From IMG/VR virus record IMGVR_UViG_3300013108_000147: DNA of 20,000 nucleotides; one strand, 5' to 3'. Of the stretch, positions 7,329-14,635 are shown in pieces. Position numbers and translations under genes: made by a program. The stretch comes from an uncultured virus (IMG/VR IMGVR_UViG_3300013108_000147). Taxonomy: Duplodnaviria; Heunggongvirae; Uroviricota; Caudoviricetes; Crassvirales. The notes beneath the pieces were generated by a model. The model saw only the letters and a list, made by a program, of their open reading frames with translations. It was not told the origin of the DNA and did not search any database. The stretch's first letter is position 1. The number at the start of each line of letters is the position of its first letter.

Positions 7329-7529
7329 TCATCTTGTTAGTTTTGAGTTAACTACATCGATAATAACCCAATCGTGAGCACCCTCTTTTTTAAATTCTTC
7401 TAACTCTCTTTCAGAGTCTAAGTAAAAGAAAATGTCATCGTCATCTTCTTCTATGTCTCCGATTTTTAGAACCATATCGTCTTGTATGTTTCCGTCATCT
7501 AACCATTTTATCGTTGCTATAAATCTCAT
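7329..7529 (-). CDS. Acidic hypothetical protein
   Basis: ORF track; probable ATG at 7529 (MRFIATIKW). Confidence 0.7.
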   Translation of the reverse strand: MRFIATIKWLDDGNIQDDMVLKIGDIEEDDDDIFFYLDSERELEEFKKEGAHDWVIIDVVNSKLTR

Positions 7530-7607
7530 TTTAATCCCTTTTAATTTGTAAAACAATTTAATTCCACCCTTACACTTTGAGTGAGGGCTGATAGTGAATC
7601 GCTAATA

Positions 7608-7958
7608 TTAAACATTAAAACGATTATATTCTTGAATAAATTCTACTACTGCCTTATATGTATCTTCTATAGTCCATATGTTTTCGTACCCCTCTGTAAG
7701 TTTTGAGAATGTTTCATCAAATGGTGTGTTATAGTAATCATCCCCTATCTTTTGGACTACTGGCATCAGCCAATCCCAAGAGGTGTGGTATTTTAAATCA
7801 CTAATTCTTTTAACGGCATAAGTACCACTTGGCAAACCCTCACTTCCTTTTACGCAAAGGATTCTTGATTCTCCTATTGTTTGTGGCAGGTTAATTAAAT
7901 TTGGTACACTTGATGGTATACCACTCATAAATTCTGCAATAAGTTTATTGTATTCCAT
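7608..7958 (-). CDS. Phage hypothetical protein (NKLIAEFM...YHTSWDWLMPVV motif; possibly ABA-sandwich-like)
   Basis: ORF track; motif recalled from Bacteroidota phage proteins, family assignment tentative. Confidence 0.7.
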   Translation of the reverse strand: MEYNKLIAEFMSGIPSSVPNLINLPQTIGESRILCVKGSEGLPSGTYAVKRISDLKYHTSWDWLMPVVQKIGDDYYNTPFDETFSKLTEGYENIWTIEDTYKAVVEFIQEYNRFNV

Positions 7959-7992
7959 GATTGTAATTTTTAAGTCTTAGGTTTTTTCGTTT

Positions 7993-8020
7993 AAAATAAA
8001 GCCCCCTATCTCTAGGGGGC
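7993..8020 (-). terminator. Rho-independent terminator downstream of peptidase
   Basis: GCCCCCTA-4nt-TAGGGGGC stem (8001-8020) followed by TTTATTTT on minus strand. Confidence 0.75.
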
Positions 8021-8060
8021 AGGTTAACAATTAAAACAAATAAAACAAATAAACAATATT

Positions 8061-9137
8061 TTAAAACGGTAAGTCTCCGTGTTCGTCAGTATCTTCTAGT
8101 AGCTCTTCTTCGTAAAAACCTTCGAAACTGTCTTTTGTCCAATCTTCTACTTCGTCATCAGATATGTAGTCTTGACAACCGTGGCACCAATGCATTTGGA
8201 CTGTTTCGTCATACTCTAGCTCTCCGTATGTGCCACAAGACATACAGACTAAGTCGTCAGTATTACTAACATTGTTGCTTTCGGTGTCTACGAAGTCGTC
8301 ATCATAGTAGTGGTCAAAGTATCTTGAACCTCCGCCGTATTTGTGGTATCTAGACGTTGCCCATTGTGATAAGACCTCTCTGTCTGCAGTTTTGATAGTG
8401 AACTTTGTGCCACCTAAGTTGTCTATAACATCTTGGACAAAGTCTGCAGTTCTAAACACTTCGCTTATGATTATGTACTCATTGTCAGTGTGGGGGTCGT
8501 AGTATCCGCAAGACATATTTGCTACAGATACTTCTAAGCCATTCTTGGTTAACTGATATACATCTGTCAATCCTCCGTCAGCCTCTACCCTATCGTATTG
8601 TGCTAAGTAGGGTGCTACTGCTTGAGAGAATTCATCGCTATATAGTTTAGTGCTATAGATTGAAGATACAAAGTCTGCGTAACCTCGTCTATCACACTGA
8701 AGGACAAACCCTACATCTGAGAAGAAGGACATAAGAGCCACGCTACTGCCTACACAACCTACTTCCTCGTCTCTGAAGAACGCAACCTTTATGTTGTCAG
8801 TGTTGATAAGTGCTTGAAGGGCTACAAATATACCTACTTTATCGTCACCACCTATACCTACTCTCTCGTATTTATCGTTGATAGCGTAGAGTGCATCTTT
8901 ATGGCGTTTAACATGAAATTCTTTCTCTATATCATGTACTGTGTCTGTGTGAGCTACTACGCAAGGGTAAGCGTCTGACTCACCTTTTGTTGCGTAGATG
9001 TTACCCTTGTTTTTACAAACCCTTACACCGGGGATAGTTGATATATAGTCTATTAAAAACTTGTTCATTTGTTTGGTATTGTAGCTAGTAGTTTGTACTG
9101 CCATTACCGATTTTAAATCTTTTAATCTGCTTTCCAT
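8061..9137 (-). CDS. M20/M28-type Zn-dependent peptidase/amidohydrolase with C-terminal Zn-ribbon and acidic tail
   Basis: AHTDTV, GIGGDDKVG, DEEVGCVGS, QCDRRG and YDPHTDNE metal-ligand motifs; CMSC...CHGC; ends DEHGDLPF. Confidence 0.85.
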   Translation of the reverse strand: MESRLKDLKSVMAVQTTSYNTKQMNKFLIDYISTIPGVRVCKNKGNIYATKGESDAYPCVVAHTDTVHDIEKEFHVKRHKDALYAINDKYERVGIGGDDKVGIFVALQALINTDNIKVAFFRDEEVGCVGSSVALMSFFSDVGFVLQCDRRGYADFVSSIYSTKLYSDEFSQAVAPYLAQYDRVEADGGLTDVYQLTKNGLEVSVANMSCGYYDPHTDNEYIIISEVFRTADFVQDVIDNLGGTKFTIKTADREVLSQWATSRYHKYGGGSRYFDHYYDDDFVDTESNNVSNTDDLVCMSCGTYGELEYDETVQMHWCHGCQDYISDDEVEDWTKDSFEGFYEEELLEDTDEHGDLPF

Positions 9138-9160
9138 TGTTTGTTTATTTAATGTTTTAA

Positions 9161-11764
9161 TTATTCTGATTCTTTCATCTCCTCTAAGTACTCTTCATAG
9201 TACTCAACTAACACGTACTCATCGGCATCGGTAACATGATAATCAGAGTGCTCTAAGCTAAACTCTGTACCCGACTGAGCGCATGTTCCCATATCGTCAC
9301 AATCCCTAACATAACCGCCGTTATAATCTACGTAAATAGCGTGAGATTCGTGTATGTACTCTCCGTCAAGCAACTCTACTGCGTCATCGTTCAATATATA
9401 CTCACCTGAATATTCGCAGTAAGTAGCGTTATCTATGTGTGTATTTATTCCTCTACTATCTATGTAAACAGCGTCTCCGCTATATATGTATCTATGATCC
9501 CAATCGTCGTACTCTCTTTCTTCCAAGTTACTGTGCTCACCTTCAGTAGACCTAAGCTCTGTTACCTCGTCACGGCTACTCAAGTACCCCGACAATTCTC
9601 CCGAATCTATATTAAGGTAGTAGAATGTGTCTAAGTAAGGGAATCCATCGTCATCACTTGGTATATGGTCAAGCATAATACTTATGTCTTCAGAGCTCTC
9701 TGTTTCATTTCCGTCAGGAGACACAAAGTTACACGTTGAAGAGTCTTGATGTTCTTTACACCAAAAACCTTTGTCTCTTGCAAAACTCTTGAAAGCGCTG
9801 ATAGTGGCATCAGTACCATATATTCTGTCTAGCCACTTATTATCCCAAAGAAGTGCCCTACCTTTAAGTAGGTCATCCTTAGTTAGAATAACCAATTTAA
9901 CTTGGTTAGGGTTCTCTGTGTATATATCTAACCAAGGTAAACATTGTTCGTGTCTCATGCATGACGAGCCTAGTGTACCTACGTTTTCATTGTGGTGATT
10001 AGAGCCGTCATACCAATGTCTTATATCCTCTCCTGTAACTATACTGAAATTTCCTACGCTATACTCGCCTTTGATAGAGTTAACTAACTTCTCAATCTCG
10101 TGGTCAGTAAACTTCTTTCTAGGTACTTGCTCGCTAAGTACTTTCCTAATCAACTTGCCGTACTTTGACGATTGTCTGCCTTTAGAGCTCCATTTGTAAC
10201 CGTCTGTTATCACAGTCTCCTTGCCTGCAGGCGTGTAAGTCATAGATTGGTCTGCTTTAATCGTGATGTTTCTAGTACTGTCTTTGTAGTAGCCTAAAGA
10301 ACTAATCTTAGTAAGAGTTTTAGCTACAGAGTTTTTATCTGCAAACTTCATTAGAACATTAAATAAACTTTCAGAAAACAATTGTGTCTCTAAGTCAGAG
10401 TTATATCTTGGCGTCATGCTATACAACTTATGTCTTTTACGGAATATTAGTCTTTGACTCCAATTAGATTCTCTAATATTCCTTTCAAAATTAGCTATGT
10501 ATCTCAACGTATCGTTATACTTAGCCGCGTCTTCAGAGTTAGCTCTCCTTATAACTATTTCAGTGTTATCAACCGTAAACGTGTTTCCAAAGTTCGTGCC
10601 GGAGTACCTTATATATTCGCCCGATTGTTTATCAACTACTACTAACTTTCTTGTTTTCCAATACTTAACTAAGCGTTCTTTCCCGTATTTTACTACGTAG
10701 AGTTCTCCCGACCTAAGACTTGTGACTGATAGTGAATCTTCTTTTGTATTACCATTAAGTAAAGCGTAATTAAATGCTCCCGTATCCGCAATGGTAGTTA
10801 TTTCGTAAAGTGCGTGCCCTTTGTAATTAACGAGTAAGTCTAGCACAGTGTTGTAATAACCAACAACGTATTCACCCTCAGACGCAACATAGCCTTCGTA
10901 TACTCTGATTACGGTTATTCCCCCTCCATTCCCAAAACTGTTCTTAATATATAGGGTTGACTTACCTTCTTCAAACAAATCTCTGCTGATAGCTGAGATT
11001 GATTCCTCGCTAAGCTCTACGGGTACGAAACTATCTTCTGTAAATGTTTCGCCTTTATCATGCATTGCAACCCCAGTTGCTTGTCGAAGCGCTTCGTTTA
11101 AATTGAACATTACTGCCTCTACCTCGTACATGTTTCTAACTTTAACAGTGGCTATATTAGGTGCAAAGTGACTATGCTTCTTTTCAATCACTAAAGAGTT
11201 ACCTAACATAAGCCTGCTATTAATCATGTACTTAAAATTTGGTAAAATGTATTGTAGAGTCTCTAAGCTACCGTAGAGTCTTCTTGAGTCTTCTACCATT
11301 ACACCTAGCACACCTTCGCCGTCTATAAGTAGTGTAAGAGACTCATACCCATATTCGTTGTCAGTCATACTACGTATAGCGTCAAGAAGATAAGGTATGT
11401 GTTCACCTAAAGAGTAGTGCAGTGAGGTAAACGCTGTTACAAACTTACTCAAGTCTCTATCTTTTGTACTACTAAAACTTGACGTTGGTGAGCCTTCATA
11501 ATAGCTGAATTCATGTTTTAGAGCCGATTGTAAAAGCTGCTTAGGTATTTCGTCTGACAAACGCAATAGTGGTATATACCCCACATTTAAACAACGCTTA
11601 ACAGATGATACGTTTAAACTATGTATCACAGTATCCGAATGCCTTGCTGTTCTAAACTCTTGCAAGTTAGAGTTGGAGTCTGTTAAAAAGGGTACTGTTA
11701 GTTCCTCGTGGCTTTTGTTCTTGTCTGAATCCGTCAGTAATTCTTCGTGAAAAAGTCTCTTCAT
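9161..11764 (-). CDS. Large phage protein of unknown function (867 aa)
   Basis: Long ORF; C-terminal half has SCMR...GRALLW...WLDRIY...FPYLDTF motifs and acidic Tyr/Cys repeats. Confidence 0.85.
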   Translation of the reverse strand: MKRLFHEELLTDSDKNKSHEELTVPFLTDSNSNLQEFRTARHSDTVIHSLNVSSVKRCLNVGYIPLLRLSDEIPKQLLQSALKHEFSYYEGSPTSSFSSTKDRDLSKFVTAFTSLHYSLGEHIPYLLDAIRSMTDNEYGYESLTLLIDGEGVLGVMVEDSRRLYGSLETLQYILPNFKYMINSRLMLGNSLVIEKKHSHFAPNIATVKVRNMYEVEAVMFNLNEALRQATGVAMHDKGETFTEDSFVPVELSEESISAISRDLFEEGKSTLYIKNSFGNGGGITVIRVYEGYVASEGEYVVGYYNTVLDLLVNYKGHALYEITTIADTGAFNYALLNGNTKEDSLSVTSLRSGELYVVKYGKERLVKYWKTRKLVVVDKQSGEYIRYSGTNFGNTFTVDNTEIVIRRANSEDAAKYNDTLRYIANFERNIRESNWSQRLIFRKRHKLYSMTPRYNSDLETQLFSESLFNVLMKFADKNSVAKTLTKISSLGYYKDSTRNITIKADQSMTYTPAGKETVITDGYKWSSKGRQSSKYGKLIRKVLSEQVPRKKFTDHEIEKLVNSIKGEYSVGNFSIVTGEDIRHWYDGSNHHNENVGTLGSSCMRHEQCLPWLDIYTENPNQVKLVILTKDDLLKGRALLWDNKWLDRIYGTDATISAFKSFARDKGFWCKEHQDSSTCNFVSPDGNETESSEDISIMLDHIPSDDDGFPYLDTFYYLNIDSGELSGYLSSRDEVTELRSTEGEHSNLEEREYDDWDHRYIYSGDAVYIDSRGINTHIDNATYCEYSGEYILNDDAVELLDGEYIHESHAIYVDYNGGYVRDCDDMGTCAQSGTEFSLEHSDYHVTDADEYVLVEYYEEYLEEMKESE

Positions 11765-11815
11765 TTTTTATTGTTTTAATTGTATTTAAGTTTTACTTCT
11801 AGTTCTGATAGTGAA

Positions 11816-11980
11816 TTAACCGTATATGCCGAACTGATAAGTTTGTTCAGTTGTTAGGAGGGTGTACAAAATTAATAAGGCGCACCCCGCTATAAAGCCT
11901 ACTACGCAATAAGATATGCGCATGGTTAATTCTGTAGGCTCTCCGTTGTTGTCTACAAACTTGTTTAAAAGTGTTTTCAT
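11816..11980 (-). CDS. Small membrane protein
   Basis: Probable ATG at 11980 (MKTLLNKF); one TM helix. Confidence 0.6.
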   Translation of the reverse strand: MKTLLNKFVDNNGEPTELTMRISYCVVGFIAGCALLILYTLLTTEQTYQFGIYG

Positions 11981-12089
11981 ACCGATAATTTTAATATGTA
12001 AGTTAATAAGCACAAAAGGAGAAATGCTGCTGCAAATCTCCCTAATGCTATAATGTTATCTTTTGTTATGATGTCTTTGATAAACTCTC

Positions 12090-12329
12090 TCATACTTTTG
12101 GTACGTATTGAGTTATATTTCTATCGTCTACATAAATGTCTAGTGGCACATGCCCTGTAACTTCAACCATAACGATTTCTACTGCGTCGCTAGGTATGTC
12201 TACAACTGTTTCAAATTCTGCAGTTGCAAGGTCGTTTGCGCAAACATTGTTAATAAAATGATTTCCACCGTGGTCTACTCGGTTCTTGTTTCCGTTTGCG
12301 TCTGTCCAAACTTGATTAAAATATCCCAT
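12090..12329 (-). CDS. Hypothetical protein
   Basis: ORF track; AT-rich leader. Confidence 0.7.
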   Translation of the reverse strand: MGYFNQVWTDANGNKNRVDHGGNHFINNVCANDLATAEFETVVDIPSDAVEIVMVEVTGHVPLDIYVDDRNITQYVPKV

Positions 12330-12358
12330 TTTCTATTTGATTTTAAGGGTTAAACTTG

Positions 12359-12438
12359 TACCCGCAGTGTGATTCGAACACACGTCTAAACATCTGTGTA
12401 TCATAGATGAATTGTCCTAACCTCTAGACGATGCGGGC
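12359..12438 (-). tRNA. tRNA-Glu-scaffold tRNA-like RNA with aberrant 25-nt anticodon arm (copy 1)
   Basis: GCCCGCA/TGCGGGT acceptor stem, TC-GTCTAGAGGTTAGGAC-A D arm, AGAC variable loop, GTGTG-TTCGAAT-CACAC T arm; no canonical anticodon loop, no encoded CCA. Confidence 0.8.
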
Positions 12439-12451
12439 GCACTTTAATTAT

Positions 12452-12883
12452 TTATATTAAGCTATTACGTAGCTTATCTATAAACGATTCAACCTCATTG
12501 GATTGTTTTTCTATTTCGTCACTCCATACCTTTGCTAGATGAATAGAAAGGATTTGATTTTCTTTTAAAACACGTTCTTTTGTCCAAATATTTTCAGTAC
12601 CAAACCAAACAGTGTCCCATCCTACTACCCACATGTCCTCCATGTCTGCAACCTCTTCCCATCCTATAATATCGTCTGAGTTTTTAGAGAATGTAAGATT
12701 AACATGAGCATGGTGTTCTAACTTCTTATTTATCTCACCATATCCTAAACCGAAGTACGGATGTCTTCTTGGTAGTGCAACATATCCGTTTCCCCAACCT
12801 CCTAACCCTTGTGGAGTCCAAGTGTTTTCTTTTAAAAATGCTTTCATGATATTTATATTAAATTTGTTTATTATCTCAGCCAT
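12452..12883 (-). CDS. Conserved phage hypothetical protein (NGYVALP..HP...LTF...WVVGWD family)
   Basis: ORF track; motif pattern recalled from phage proteins. Confidence 0.75.
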   Translation of the reverse strand: MAEIINKFNINIMKAFLKENTWTPQGLGGWGNGYVALPRRHPYFGLGYGEINKKLEHHAHVNLTFSKNSDDIIGWEEVADMEDMWVVGWDTVWFGTENIWTKERVLKENQILSIHLAKVWSDEIEKQSNEVESFIDKLRNSLI

Positions 12884-13113
12884 CTGTTCAATTTTAAAGC
12901 TATTTTATATCTTAAAGTATTGCCGTGTTTTGCACGATTGATAGTGAACGCTATCTTATAGATTTGATAACCCACGACCATAGCAGTTAAGCCTACAGTT
13001 TTAACTACTACAAATGTTTGTAGGTTAAAGCCATTAGTTTGTTCTGCTAACACTAAGCATAGCCCTGCCATTATAAGCAAAGCTGATATGCTAAAAGTTA
13101 ATATGTGTCTCAT
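12871..13113 (-). CDS. Two-TM membrane protein
   Basis: ORF track; two hydrophobic helices, basic C-terminus. Confidence 0.7.
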   Translation of the reverse strand: MRHILTFSISALLIMAGLCLVLAEQTNGFNLQTFVVVKTVGLTAMVVGYQIYKIAFTINRAKHGNTLRYKIALKLNRWLR

Positions 13114-13115
13114 GA

Positions 13116-13268
13116 TTATATTAGTTTTAATTGCCTTTGCATTTCTTTATAGCGCATAATATCCCACGCTTTTTTATAGCCTATGTTATGTAATTGCATT
13201 AATTTATGCACCATTTTTTCTTCGATAGACTGCACTCGCATACGTCTACGTTTTGGTTTATTTGCCAT
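13116..13268 (-). CDS. Small basic protein (50 aa, MANKPKRRRMRVQSIEEK...)
   Basis: Manually translated; AT-rich leader, abuts next gene. Confidence 0.6.
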   Translation of the reverse strand: MANKPKRRRMRVQSIEEKMVHKLMQLHNIGYKKAWDIMRYKEMQRQLKLI

Positions 13269-13291
13269 TTTTATTTAATTTAATTGATTTG

Positions 13292-13371
13292 CACCCATAG
13301 ACAGATTCGAACTGCCGTCTATACACCGCGACGATTTTAGTGTATTGTCCTAGCCACTAGACGATATGGGC
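13292..13371 (-). tRNA. tRNA-Glu-scaffold tRNA-like RNA with aberrant 25-nt anticodon arm (copy 2)
   Basis: GCCCATA/TATGGGT acceptor stem, TC-GTCTAGTGGCTAGGAC-A D arm, ATACAC-13nt-GTGTAT arm, AGAC, GGCAG-TTCGAAT-CTGTC T arm. Confidence 0.8.
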
Positions 13372-13375
13372 ATGA

Positions 13376-13408
13376 TATAAAAAGCCCTACACTTTTACAT
13401 GTAGGGCT
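13376..13408 (-). terminator. Terminator-like hairpin between Rho-N gene and tRNA-like copy 2
   Basis: AGCCCTACA-8nt-TGTAGGGCT (13383-13408) running into a T-run on minus strand. Confidence 0.6.
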
Positions 13409-13438
13409 GTGAGGGATATGGATTGAGGCAAAAAAGGT

Positions 13439-13861
13439 TTATGCCGTTACTAAAGCTATTAATTCAGCTTTTTTCATCTTTGAAAATTTGGTTTTACCTT
13501 GTTTTTTAGCTACCTCTTTAAGCTGCGCTACGTTCATCTTCTCAATTGGAGTTAATGTAGGTGCAGTATCAGATAAATTCGCAGCGCTTTTAATAGCCTT
13601 GTGTATTGCTTGTAACACAAAGAATGGGCTGTAATTTCCTGCCTTTGAAACTCGCACGTTCTCCTTGAATGTAGCGTAAACATCGTTGTTTTCTCTAATC
13701 TCACTCAATATTTGAATGTATTGCGTGCTAAGCTCTATTTCATCTCTAAAAAGCCACAGTATTTTTACTGCACCTCCTAATGATTTGCACTCTCGTTTTA
13801 ACGCCTTGTTAGTGTTTAAAACGTTCATTTTGTAAGCTGAAATTTTGTTTGATTTTGCCAT
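13439..13861 (-). CDS. Protein with C-terminal Rho termination factor N-terminal (HeH-like) nucleic-acid-binding domain
   Basis: IEKMNVAQLKEVAKKQGKTKFSKMKKAELIALV matches the Rho_N consensus. Confidence 0.8.
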   Translation of the reverse strand: MAKSNKISAYKMNVLNTNKALKRECKSLGGAVKILWLFRDEIELSTQYIQILSEIRENNDVYATFKENVRVSKAGNYSPFFVLQAIHKAIKSAANLSDTAPTLTPIEKMNVAQLKEVAKKQGKTKFSKMKKAELIALVTA

Positions 13862-13903
13862 AATTTAAAAATTTAATTATTGTTTATTGATTTTAATTAA
13901 TAG

Positions 13904-14604
13904 ATGCCCATGACAATATGCACTACGTGTCATGGGCTATTGATATGTACCACTTTTGTGGATTTCACGCACTGGTTTACTGCGCTTATGTAAATATATG
14001 TATACGGATTTATTCCGTTGGTGTAACTTAATAAAATGTTGGGTTTTTTTGAGCCTTGAAATATACACGTTAGTACCACAGCTATTTTATTGTACTTTTG
14101 ATAACTCATTACCTAGAGATAAAACCCGTCTGAAAAATGTTGGCGTATCGCTGACTAATGTATATGCAGGTTAGTTTCATACCTTTCCTGCCAACCACTC
14201 GAATAATCACGCTAGGGTATTTTACTCCCATTGTCACGCAGTGGCAACCTTTTTACACCTTTACGGTGCCCTATATGCGTTCACGCTTCTCACGCCCAAC
14301 TGATAGGTTTTAATTCGTTTCAGTAAGGATTCTACTCACTTTGCGCTATAATAGTAGTTTAACGTGACTAAACTCGCCATACGATTCACCCAATGCGCTG
14401 CACTCCTAATGCTTGACCATACCTGTGCTTACAGGGCATTTCACCCTTATTATATGCTTACACCTTTGTGCTTAGCATACCTGCTGAATTGCAGTACACG
14501 TGTAGAATTGCCATTCTACCATGGCGCCATTGTGGCTCCAAAACTACTTCGCTACCTAGTAACAAAGTTTTAAAATCATGTTGAAATCGTTATTTCGTTT
14601 CAAC
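13904..14604 (-). ncRNA. Candidate large structured non-coding RNA / leader (~700 nt)
   Basis: No minus-strand ORF of 60 aa or more; many hairpins; promoter directly upstream; closing 10-bp hairpin at 13906-13937. Confidence 0.5.
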
Positions 14605-14608
14605 AGTA

Positions 14609-14616
14609 CAAACATA
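14609..14616 (-). promoter_or_regulatory. Bacteroidota -7 promoter element (TAnnTTTG) driving leftward transcription
   Basis: Minus strand TATGTTTGTACTGTTG; near-identical TATATTTGTACTGTTG at 16911 on plus strand. Confidence 0.65.
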
Positions 14617-14635
14617 CGTGGCATTTTTGACATAG

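Noticed and set aside
3..12353. Plus-strand ORFs in the track (3-260, 447-680, 3086-3310, 4128-4373, 4702-5001, 9437-9634, 9771-9998, 10454-10700, 12150-12353)
   Set aside because: Antisense shadows of well-supported minus-strand genes, with atypical composition
12359..13371. Canonical or intron-containing tRNA-Glu genes
   Set aside because: No 7-nt loop with TTC/CTC; I could not restore a Glu anticodon loop by removing 8 nt, and that is too short for a self-splicing intron
13956..14573. Plus-strand ORFs 13956-14174 and 14364-14573
   Set aside because: Non-ATG starts, opposite to local transcription, no protein-like features; better explained as antisense to a structured RNA
13904..14604. 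tmRNA, RNase P RNA or group I intron
   Set aside because: No tRNA-Ala-like ends, no GAGGAAAGTCC P4 signature, no recognisable intron core and no interrupted gene
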